Assembly: GCA_026014875.1 (NCBI GenBank)
Contig: JAOZHO010000037.1
Span: forward strand, 359,819-423,818
DNA from: Candidatus Bathyarchaeota archaeon
GTDB taxonomy: Archaea; Thermoproteota; Bathyarchaeia; TCS64
Direction: 5' to 3'
DNA: 64,000 nucleotides
In this document: positions 56,632 to 64,000 of the stretch, in pieces
Layout: each line of letters opens with the position of its first letter
Position numbering within the stretch: the first letter of the stretch is position 1
The notes under the pieces: model-generated
Database searches by the model: none
The model's input: the letters and a program-made list of their open reading frames with translations, nothing else
What the model was told of the DNA's origin: nothing
Position numbers and translations under genes: made by a program

Positions 56632-57015
56632 TCAAGCATCCGTTGCCCAATGGCCGTGGAGGTTGCAGAACTCCCTGGCCCCAAGGACCTTCTCGCCCGT
56701 GGTGAAGGCTGCCACCGGCTTCTCCCCCGGGTTCAGGAACCTGCGCAGGACGCCGTCCTCGGTGTCCAAGGCGATCCACTCGATCCAGTGACCCTCCATC
56801 ATGGGGTGATCAACGCTCCCCACATTCACCGAGTAAGTGTCGCCACTCCTCTCGATGACGGGAAGATGCTTCTCATAGCCCCCCTCCTCGGTGCGCTTAG
56901 CCACGAGGAGAATCATAGGCTGGTTGCAACAGACCAGCTGCCCCACGCCAGTGTGGAGGACCTCCACTATGTTGCCGCAGACCTCACACTTCCAGACCTG
57001 ACTTCTCTCAGTCAT
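56632..57015 (-). CDS. dfx: Desulfoferrodoxin (2Fe superoxide reductase)
   Basis: CEVCGNIVEV...CC, EKHLP, HPM...HWIEWI, CNLHG.W. Confidence 0.95.
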   Translation of the reverse strand: MTERSQVWKCEVCGNIVEVLHTGVGQLVCCNQPMILLVAKRTEEGGYEKHLPVIERSGDTYSVNVGSVDHPMMEGHWIEWIALDTEDGVLRRFLNPGEKPVAAFTTGEKVLGAREFCNLHGHWATDA

Positions 57016-57143
57016 ATCAACCAGTGGAGGAAAGCCAACCGCGTTATATAATTGTTAACAGTTAAGAGAGTAAGATCAAACCTAGCTAGACGATACGGTA
57101 TCGATGCGAATCACGCATCTTCTCGGTTATAACCAAAAAGCCA

Positions 57144-57320
57144 TCATTTGCTGCTATCAACATAGGGGCTGATGCTGATGCCACCACTCGCAAAGACCAG
57201 CTTCCGATTGCACTTGGGGCAGCGCCCATCAAATTTCTTGATGATGTCTTGAGGGGACTTCAGTATGTCTCCCTCGTAGAGAAGATGGTTGCACTCGGCG
57301 CAGGTCACTTTCTGTGGCAT
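57144..57320 (-). CDS. Small Zn-ribbon protein (58 aa)
   Basis: Manual translation MPQKVTCAECNHLLYEGDILKSPQDIIKKFDGRCPKCNRKL... Confidence 0.75.
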   Translation of the reverse strand: MPQKVTCAECNHLLYEGDILKSPQDIIKKFDGRCPKCNRKLVFASGGISISPYVDSSK

Positions 57321-57486
57321 TTATACGTCCCGGATATCAAGCGAGAGACCTACATTAAAGGGTTCTTAACACAAGGTCTGGAATAAGGATACTTGAAAAA
57401 CCCATATATCTTGGAGGTTACATGTTAACATCCTTGAAAGGAGGCAGCGAGCGATCCCATCCATCGGTGAACGGCTTAACAGATTC

Positions 57487-57870
57487 TTGGACGGCTTCAG
57501 CAAGGGAAAACGAGGGTTACCGAGGATCTCCCCCACGGTCGTGTCAATCCTCATGATCCTGTTCACAGCCTTCATCGCCGGCGGCGGCATCTACGACCTC
57601 CTAGACAACCCCCCCTCCTTATACCCCGTGGGCACCAGGTGGGTGGCAGTCCACCCCTACCAAGGGGAGCAGACAATAAACGAGAGCATCGTGAGCATGA
57701 CCCTCACCCTCTTCATGGTGGGAGGGCTCATAGTCTCATACAAAAGCGCCAAGGTATCAAACGACTCCAAGAGAGCCAACACGATGCTCATCATCGGCAT
57801 CTCCCTGATCCTCATGGGCCTCGCGGGAAGCCACTACCTCCTCATACTCAAGAGGACTATCGGGCGCTAG
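57487..57870 (+). CDS. OST3/OST6-DC2(OSTC)-like oligosaccharyltransferase accessory membrane protein
   Basis: 3 TM; GGGIYDLLDNPPS...QTINES resembles eukaryotic DC2 GGIIYDVIVEPPS...QYIMEG. Confidence 0.65.
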   Translation: MDGFSKGKRGLPRISPTVVSILMILFTAFIAGGGIYDLLDNPPSLYPVGTRWVAVHPYQGEQTINESIVSMTLTLFMVGGLIVSYKSAKVSNDSKRANTMLIIGISLILMGLAGSHYLLILKRTIGR

Positions 57871-57918
57871 GCAAAAAGGTTTAACGACTGGAACCGGAAT
57901 TATTCCCCGGTGTAACCT

Positions 57919-58803
57919 TTGAAAAAGATTGGATTCATAGGGCTGGGTCTCATGGGCCGAGGGATGTCCATGAACCTGGTGAAGGCCGGATTCCCCGTCA
58001 CGGTCTGGAACAGGACCGCCTCAAAGATGGACCCCCTGGTCGAGGCCGGGGCGAAAGCCGCAGCCTCCCCCAAGGAGGTCGCCGCAGCTTCCGATATCAT
58101 AGTGAGCATCGTGACCGACTCCAGCGACGTAGAGGCGGTGATACTAGGCTCCGAAGGCGCGATCCACGGGACGAGCCCAGGAGACATCGTGATAGACATG
58201 AGCACCATCTCCCCGGCAGTGACAAAGAGCATCAACGATAAGCTCGGGGCAAAGGGAGTGAAGATGCTCGACGCCCCGGTGAGCGGCGGCTCCATCGGGG
58301 CCCGGGACGGGACCCTCAGCATCATGGTGGGGGGCGACGACGAGACATTCAAAGAGTGCCTCCCCATATTCGAGGCCATGGGGAAGACCATAACCCACGT
58401 CGGCGGAAACGGGATGGGCCAGACGGTCAAGCTCGTCAACCAGATCCTCGTGGGAACCTCAATGCTCGGGGTCGCAGAGGCTTTGATGTTCGCTAAAAAG
58501 TGTGGAGTGGACCTCGAGAAGTGCCACGCCGCTGTTTCCGGAGGGGCCGCAGGGAGCTGGCAGCTCACCAATAACGGGGCGAGGCTGCTGAAGGGTGATA
58601 TGGAGCCCGGGTTCAAGATCAAGGACTATCTGAAGGATCTGAGGCTCATCATGGAGGCCGCCGCTGACGTGAAGATGCCCCTAGTGGAGACCTCAGTGGT
58701 TCAGCAGATGTACAAGAGCCTTGAGGCGGAGGGCCTCACCCAGAAGGGCACCCAGGCCGTCATCAAGGCGGTCGAGAAGCTCGCAGGGGAGACCCTCGTC
58801 TAA
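57919..58803 (+). CDS. NAD(P)-dependent beta-hydroxyacid dehydrogenase (3-hydroxyisobutyrate/tartronate semialdehyde reductase family)
   Basis: IGFIGLGLMG, DMSTISP, LDAPVSGG, KLVNQ, KDL. Confidence 0.92.
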   Translation: MKKIGFIGLGLMGRGMSMNLVKAGFPVTVWNRTASKMDPLVEAGAKAAASPKEVAAASDIIVSIVTDSSDVEAVILGSEGAIHGTSPGDIVIDMSTISPAVTKSINDKLGAKGVKMLDAPVSGGSIGARDGTLSIMVGGDDETFKECLPIFEAMGKTITHVGGNGMGQTVKLVNQILVGTSMLGVAEALMFAKKCGVDLEKCHAAVSGGAAGSWQLTNNGARLLKGDMEPGFKIKDYLKDLRLIMEAAADVKMPLVETSVVQQMYKSLEAEGLTQKGTQAVIKAVEKLAGETLV

Positions 58804-58830
58804 CCCCCCTTTTCTCAGTGGAGCGGAAGG

Positions 58831-59586
58831 ATGGAACCCACCAAAGCTTTGGTCCGGGAACCGGGCGACACCTATACCAGTTGCATCTCGTCCCACCCAC
58901 AACACCACACCGTGGACCTGAACAAGGCAAGAGCACAGCACGCCAGATACTGTGACGTACTTGCAGACCTCGGGCTAGAAGTGATACGCGTCCCCCGGGA
59001 CGACCAACACCCGGACGCCTGCTTCGTCGAGGACAACGCCGTGGTACTCGGAGACAAGGCTCTCATCTGCAGAATGGCCAAGGAAAGCAGGCGAGGCGAG
59101 CAGCCTGGAGTGGCCGCAGTCCTCGAGGAATACGTAAAGATCAAGTGGGCTGAGGCCCCCGCTACCATCGAGGGGGGCGACGTGGTTCATCTGGGGGATC
59201 GCCTCATCAGCGGAGTCACGGAAAGAACGAACCTCGAAGGCGTGTCCCAGCTGAGGGACTGGCTGGGGGTCAGGGTAGACACCATCGACGACCCGGGTAT
59301 AATGCATCTAAAGAGCTACGTCACCAGCCTCGGAGGAGGCAGGGTGATCGCGACCAAGACATACGCGAGGCATCCAGCCCTCGAGGGGCTGGAGGTTCTA
59401 GTGATCCCAGAGGAGGAGGAGTACGCGGCGGACACCCTGACTGTAGGAGACACGGTACTGATGCCAGCAGGATACCCCCGCTCCCACGAGATGGTGAGAG
59501 CAGCGGGTTACGAGGTCATCCCCATGGACGTGGGAGAGATCGAAAAGTGTGACGGGGCGCTGACCTGCCTCTCCATCCTTTTTTAG
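58831..59586 (+). CDS. Dimethylargininase/amidinotransferase family protein
   Basis: PDACFVED, SRRGE, EGGDV, HLKS, DGALTCLS. Confidence 0.9.
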   Translation: MEPTKALVREPGDTYTSCISSHPQHHTVDLNKARAQHARYCDVLADLGLEVIRVPRDDQHPDACFVEDNAVVLGDKALICRMAKESRRGEQPGVAAVLEEYVKIKWAEAPATIEGGDVVHLGDRLISGVTERTNLEGVSQLRDWLGVRVDTIDDPGIMHLKSYVTSLGGGRVIATKTYARHPALEGLEVLVIPEEEEYAADTLTVGDTVLMPAGYPRSHEMVRAAGYEVIPMDVGEIEKCDGALTCLSILF

Positions 59587-60092
59587 ATATCCGCTGCGCG
59601 CGCAGGAGCAGACGGGGGCTCCGGCACCTTCGCCTCTTTCCGGGCCTCTAGATAAGCGAACACCGCCTCGACCATCCTAAGAGCGACGGTGAGAGCGGTC
59701 AGCTGCACCAAGAACCTGAAGTCGAGGGTGATAGCGTTGACGCTCCCCTGGACCTCCACCGTCATCGAGGTCAGCCCCAGATTCCCCAGCTCCTCGAGCT
59801 TCCCGAAACTCAGCGTGACTACCGTGAAGGCGAATGTAAGTCCGCTTGAGGCGAGAGCGGCGAGGAGATAGATGGGCGAGGAGGGGGCAACGAAACCCTT
59901 CACGAGGGTCAGCGCGGCGACGGCCACGCCCATGATAGCGAGCTGGTTGACGAAGGACGGGACATCGATCCCCGTCCGGGCCAACGTCTCTATGTATGAG
60001 GGGGGCAGATATTGTGGAGCCATTAATGGTATAACGGTGAAGAGGAGGAGCGTGATCGCAGCGGAGACCAGTGCGCCCGTCCTATTACTCAT
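59583..60092 (-). CDS. Hypothetical membrane protein
   Basis: Four hydrophobic segments; coupled to upstream gene. Confidence 0.65.
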   Translation of the reverse strand: MSNRTGALVSAAITLLLFTVIPLMAPQYLPPSYIETLARTGIDVPSFVNQLAIMGVAVAALTLVKGFVAPSSPIYLLAALASSGLTFAFTVVTLSFGKLEELGNLGLTSMTVEVQGSVNAITLDFRFLVQLTALTVALRMVEAVFAYLEARKEAKVPEPPSAPARAADI

Positions 60093-60547
60093 CCTTGAAC
60101 CCCCTGAGGAATGGTGATGGTGTCAGAAATTCCAACGAGGTCGAACAAAGTTCTGAGACCCAAGAACAGCTCAATGGAGCTCTCGCCCCCAAGCGCTATC
60201 CTCTCATAATCTTCCCGAGAGACCTCCAAGACCAGAGAGATAGTCTCGTAGCTCCCCGGGGCAAGTGCCGCTGAGGAGGAATCGCTCGCAACTGCCACGC
60301 CGTCACCGTCCAGTAGTTTGAGCCCTAGTGTGATGTCAGCGTCGAGATAACCTGTGTTCTGGGGAGTCACCTCGAGTCGGAGGGAACCTACGCCTGTTGT
60401 TTCGTCAAAGTCCATCTCAAAACCGAGGCCTCCACTGAATGTGGACGAGAGGACGCCGTAGATGCTGTATATGGAGAGCCCGAACGCCGCTAGGGAGACG
60501 ATCTGAGTGATCATTATCAGTAGAGCGATTATTTTAGTGGTTTTCAA
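60089..60547 (-). CDS. Hypothetical membrane-anchored beta-rich protein
   Basis: N-terminal TM then beta-strand pattern with QNTGYL (LEA_2/Ig-like appearance). Confidence 0.6.
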   Translation of the reverse strand: MKTTKIIALLIMITQIVSLAAFGLSIYSIYGVLSSTFSGGLGFEMDFDETTGVGSLRLEVTPQNTGYLDADITLGLKLLDGDGVAVASDSSSAALAPGSYETISLVLEVSREDYERIALGGESSIELFLGLRTLFDLVGISDTITIPQGVQG

Positions 60548-60696
60548 ATAAATCCCTTGAATTGACCCTGACCTCGCCGGATTAAAGCATGATGGTCGGG
60601 GCTCTTCCGCTCCGAACTCTCAATGAGCATGGAACATGGATTCCCATGATAGCTGCCGCTATGTTGAAAGAAGGAAAAAAGTATTCGCCCTCCGAC

Positions 60697-60879
60697 TTAC
60701 TCAGTCGGGGCGTAGTAGCATCTCTTGGGGGAGTGGATCTTCCCTTCTTTCTTGAGGACCTTGATGGCCTTGGAGACCTCTTTGCTCTCGATCCCCAGAG
60801 CCTTGGCGACCTCGCCGGGGCGCACGGGCTTCCCGGCGTCCTTCATGGCCTGAAGAACCGCTTCAACTTGCTCACTCAT
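60697..60879 (-). CDS. Small winged-helix protein
   Basis: VLQAMKDAGKPVRPGEVAKALG...VSKAIK.LKKEGKI.SPKRCYY. Confidence 0.8.
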   Translation of the reverse strand: MSEQVEAVLQAMKDAGKPVRPGEVAKALGIESKEVSKAIKVLKKEGKIHSPKRCYYAPTE

Positions 60880-60975
60880 CGAATCACCTTGATTATGTGC
60901 AAAAGGTAAGGTCAAATGAGTTATTAATAAACTTCCAGTCAGGCGATCGGTTATCTACTGAAAAAGAAAAGGGGG

Positions 60976-62751
60976 TTAGGGGGTCCTTCTGAGGACCCGG
61001 CCAGGGGTTGCTCCTGTGTGCTTGCCTTTCTCGACCACTACTTCGCCGTTCACGAACACGTAATCGATGCCCTCGGGATGTCTCCGGGTCTCGATCTCGT
61101 CGCTGAGGATCTTCAGTTTCGGGAGGTCCATCAGGACGATGTCCGCGTATCCGCCCTCTTTGAGAACCCCTCGGCCCTCGAGGTTATGGACCCTCGCTGG
61201 AAGCGTCGAGGTCTTCTGCACAGCCTCCTCCAGGGTGAAGAGGCTGCCGTCCCTGACGTATTTGATGTAGAACATCGGGTAGGCGCTGAAGGTGTTGATG
61301 CCGGGGATGCTGTAGGGAGGATTCTTGGACTGCCACTCGGTGTCAAAGACGCCTGTGTCGAGGCCCACCATGCCCTTGGGGTGAGTCCAATAGTGGAGGT
61401 AGGGGGTTCTCGGCCCCATCGAGCCTGTGGCTCCCCGTGTGAAGGGGTCCTCGCCGATGATATCGAAGTAGGTGTCCCAAGGATCAGCATCCCGCTCCCC
61501 TGCGATCTCGGCTATGGTCTTACCGTCAATGTCAGGCACCTCGCTCTTCAAGACCATGATGTTCTCCGCCCATCGGGGAGCGGTGTTTGGGTTGTAGGCG
61601 ACCCTGATGAACCACTTCCCGGTCCGGATGGCTTCCTTCACCTCCTCCCGGAAATCCTTCACCTTGAGCCATTTCCCGAGGCCCTCGAGGCCACCGAGCT
61701 CCCTGAGCCAGGGAGCGTAAAGGGATGCGAGATAGGGCATCGTGGCGAATCCGCTCCTCGTCAGCTGGGGTATCGCGTCCCAGGTGATGTCGAGCTCGGA
61801 CTTGGAGTCGGCGGTGATCATGTTGAGGGTAGTCTTAACGTTGGCCTCCTCGAGCTCATCGGGCGCCGAGGGGTGGATCTGCCATCCCGTCGATATGTGG
61901 GCGTAGTGGAGGCGGACCCCGGTCTTCTGGTGAACATCGACGCACTCCATGAGGGCGGTGATCTTCTCGTTGGGGACGTGGCCAGCGGAGACGCCCCTCC
62001 TCCGGCCCGTGCGCCTCCAATGGGGGCAGTAGACTCCCTCGTAGTCCTTGAGCACAGTGACCCCGTCGATGATCTCCTCGTGCGCTGCGTATACGTCGGG
62101 GTCGTAGTCGAGACCTGTGCTCATCCCGAGGCAGCCCTGCTTCATCGCCTCGTGGATGAGATCCCTCATCTCGGCCCATTCCTCCTTCGTGCTGTGGCGC
62201 TTGTAGTCGAGGCCCATCACTTTGGTCCTGACGGTGCCGTGGCCCACGAGGGGGGCGTAGTTCATCGAGACGCCGACCGCCTCAACCTTCTTGAAGTATC
62301 CCGCCATGTCTTCCCAGTCCAGGGTCCAGCCGTAGATCTCTGCCATCCATTCGTTTGCCTGCTCCAGTGGGTAGTAGGGCTGCTTCGGGTAGAACTTGAA
62401 AGGATCGAGGTCGGGGAGGCGATCCATTAGAGGCCAGGGCAGCCTGATGTGCTCACCGAGGGGTGCGGGCGACCCCCCGCATTGCCCACCCACGAAGGTG
62501 GTGACCCCCTGCATGATGTAACTCTCAGCCTTGGGGAACCAGAGAAGGGTCCAGTCAGCGTGGCTGTGAGCGTCAATGAAGCCAGGCGTAGCGGTGAGAC
62601 CCTTCGCATCTACCATCCTTTTAGCGTCGCCCTTGACATCGCCCAAGGCGACTACCTTGTCTCCCTGGACTCCAACGGAGCCTTCGTATGCCTTCTTTCC
62701 CGTTCCATCCACTATGTTTGCATTTTTGATGAGAACGTCGTATTCTACCAT
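60976..62751 (-). CDS. N-acyl-D-amino-acid deacylase family amidohydrolase (paralog 2)
   Basis: PGFIDAHSH, QGVTTFVGGQCG, GMSTGLDY, RGVLKEGGYADIV. Confidence 0.88.
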   Translation of the reverse strand: MVEYDVLIKNANIVDGTGKKAYEGSVGVQGDKVVALGDVKGDAKRMVDAKGLTATPGFIDAHSHADWTLLWFPKAESYIMQGVTTFVGGQCGGSPAPLGEHIRLPWPLMDRLPDLDPFKFYPKQPYYPLEQANEWMAEIYGWTLDWEDMAGYFKKVEAVGVSMNYAPLVGHGTVRTKVMGLDYKRHSTKEEWAEMRDLIHEAMKQGCLGMSTGLDYDPDVYAAHEEIIDGVTVLKDYEGVYCPHWRRTGRRRGVSAGHVPNEKITALMECVDVHQKTGVRLHYAHISTGWQIHPSAPDELEEANVKTTLNMITADSKSELDITWDAIPQLTRSGFATMPYLASLYAPWLRELGGLEGLGKWLKVKDFREEVKEAIRTGKWFIRVAYNPNTAPRWAENIMVLKSEVPDIDGKTIAEIAGERDADPWDTYFDIIGEDPFTRGATGSMGPRTPYLHYWTHPKGMVGLDTGVFDTEWQSKNPPYSIPGINTFSAYPMFYIKYVRDGSLFTLEEAVQKTSTLPARVHNLEGRGVLKEGGYADIVLMDLPKLKILSDEIETRRHPEGIDYVFVNGEVVVEKGKHTGATPGRVLRRTP

Positions 62752-62870
62752 TTGATCTCAATTAGGAGATTCCCCTTTAGACGATTTAACAATGTTTCTT
62801 GACAATTGGGGTCAAAGGGCTAGAGGAACTATCAGAAGCGTGCAGCAGGATCCGTGTGTCAGTGAGCTTT

Positions 62871-63143
62871 TCAGAAGCCGTTCCTTTCCTTGAGCTCTTC
62901 ACGATAGATCTTTTTGTAGACAGCTTCCCACTTATCGTCCTGAAGCTTCTCCGATATCTCCCTCATGATGTCTCTGAACGCCTTTTTCTGGGCCTCGTCC
63001 TCGTATTTGTAGTATATCCTGGAGAGGTCAGCCCACACCTCCTCCTTGACCTCGTCTGGGTCTACCTCGGAGGAGGGGAGGATCTTTGAGATCATCTCCC
63101 GGATCGCCCCTTTCAGGGCGTCCAAGGGTTCTGATGTGGTCAT
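62871..63143 (-). CDS. Hypothetical helical protein
   Basis: Charged helical ORF from ATG 63143 with typical codon usage. Confidence 0.55.
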   Translation of the reverse strand: MTTSEPLDALKGAIREMISKILPSSEVDPDEVKEEVWADLSRIYYKYEDEAQKKAFRDIMREISEKLQDDKWEAVYKKIYREELKERNGF

Positions 63144-63373
63144 TGTCTTACCTTTTCGGGTCTCGGGGCTTCGATTTAAGGGTTTATCATTATCGTTGAG
63201 GATATTATGTAGCGATTTCAGTTTTCTTTGTCCCATCTGGGAAAGTATCATCTATTTTACGGCATCTTGATTTTATTTTAATGCTCTTTGTTCCGTCTAG
63301 TGTTCAAATCAAGCCCCGAGGAGCAGAAAGAAGCTTTTAACCTCACTGTCCGTATGCATCTGGGATCGCCGCT

Positions 63374-64000
63374 ATGAAGGTTAAGGGGAGGACGATCATC
63401 GCCCTGCTGGAGGAGGAATACCCTGAGACGACGGGGACCTCCCTCAACTGGCGGACCCCCCTCGAACTCCTCGTGGCCACCATCCTCTCCGCCCAGAGCA
63501 CCGATGAGCAGATCAACAAGGTCACCTCCAGCATCTTCGAGAAATACAGGTCCGCAGCTGACTATGCTTACGCATCGCGAGAGCAACTCGAGAACGATGT
63601 CAGGTCATCGGGATTCTTCAGGAGGAAAGCGGACGCCATCCAGGAGACTTGCAGGGTCATCGCGGAGGAGCACGGGGGCGAGGTTCCATCCACGATGGAT
63701 GAGCTCACGAATCTGAAGGGTGTGGCGAGGAAGACCGCAAACGTTGTGCTCGGGCACGCGTTCGGCATCATAGAGGGCATCGCGGTGGACACCCACGTCT
63801 GGCGCCTCAGCCACAGGCTCGGGCTCAGCGATGAGAAGAACCGGGACAAGATCGAGAGGACCCTCATGGAGGTCTTCCCCCGGGAGAAATGGCTCGCCGT
63901 GAACTATCTCCTCATCGAGCACGGCAGAAGGGTCTGTGTCGCCAAGAAGCCGGACTGTGGGGCATGCGTCTTCGTCGAGCTATGTCCCTCGGCGTTCACC
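63374..64000 (+). CDS. nth: Endonuclease III (stop beyond window)
   Basis: Manual translation: PLELLVATILSAQSTD, L.GVARKTANVVL, IAVDTHV, C-x6-C-x2-C-x5-C Fe-S motif. Confidence 0.95.
   Translation, partial: MKVKGRTIIALLEEEYPETTGTSLNWRTPLELLVATILSAQSTDEQINKVTSSIFEKYRSAADYAYASREQLENDVRSSGFFRRKADAIQETCRVIAEEHGGEVPSTMDELTNLKGVARKTANVVLGHAFGIIEGIAVDTHVWRLSHRLGLSDEKNRDKIERTLMEVFPREKWLAVNYLLIEHGRRVCVAKKPDCGACVFVELCPSAFT

Noticed and set aside
61018-62430. Long antisense/shadow ORFs (also 46033-47307, 15718-16770, 33372-34298, 10289-11230)
   Set aside because: They overlap well-supported genes on the opposite strand and have no motifs, as expected from high GC3.

Overview
GC-rich archaeal chromosomal segment, most consistent with a TACK-group archaeon such as Bathyarchaeia. 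This is an inference from eL13, eS19, eL20, eL31, eL39, Spt5, aIF-1A, the archaeal-type LeuRS, the pantoate kinase/phosphopantothenate synthetase route and an OST-like membrane protein. It contains a nucleoside ABC transporter with a phosphorylase, ilvBHC, thrC, a pps-panB-pok CoA operon and two ribosomal/translation clusters. It also carries alaS-leuS, redox/oxidative-stress genes (rubredoxin, ferritin-like, Isf, AfpA, desulfoferrodoxin) and many peptidases/amidohydrolases (M14 x2, M20, M24-like, M81, D-aminoacylase-like x2, DDAH-like). No rRNA, tRNA, CRISPR array or transposase was recognised. Best leads: (1) a structured ilvB leader with two tandem, homologous, abutting micro-ORFs (MGNRFV.../MGYRFI), suggesting archaeal leader-peptide control; (2) an AT-richer short-form AlaRS that looks horizontally replaced; (3) a DC2/OSTC-like protein; (4) a Pelota-like protein lacking its N-domain; (5) a small island flanked by a duplicated gene whose dead copy shows strand-biased G>A and T>C decay. 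All family assignments are by motif recognition by eye, not database search.
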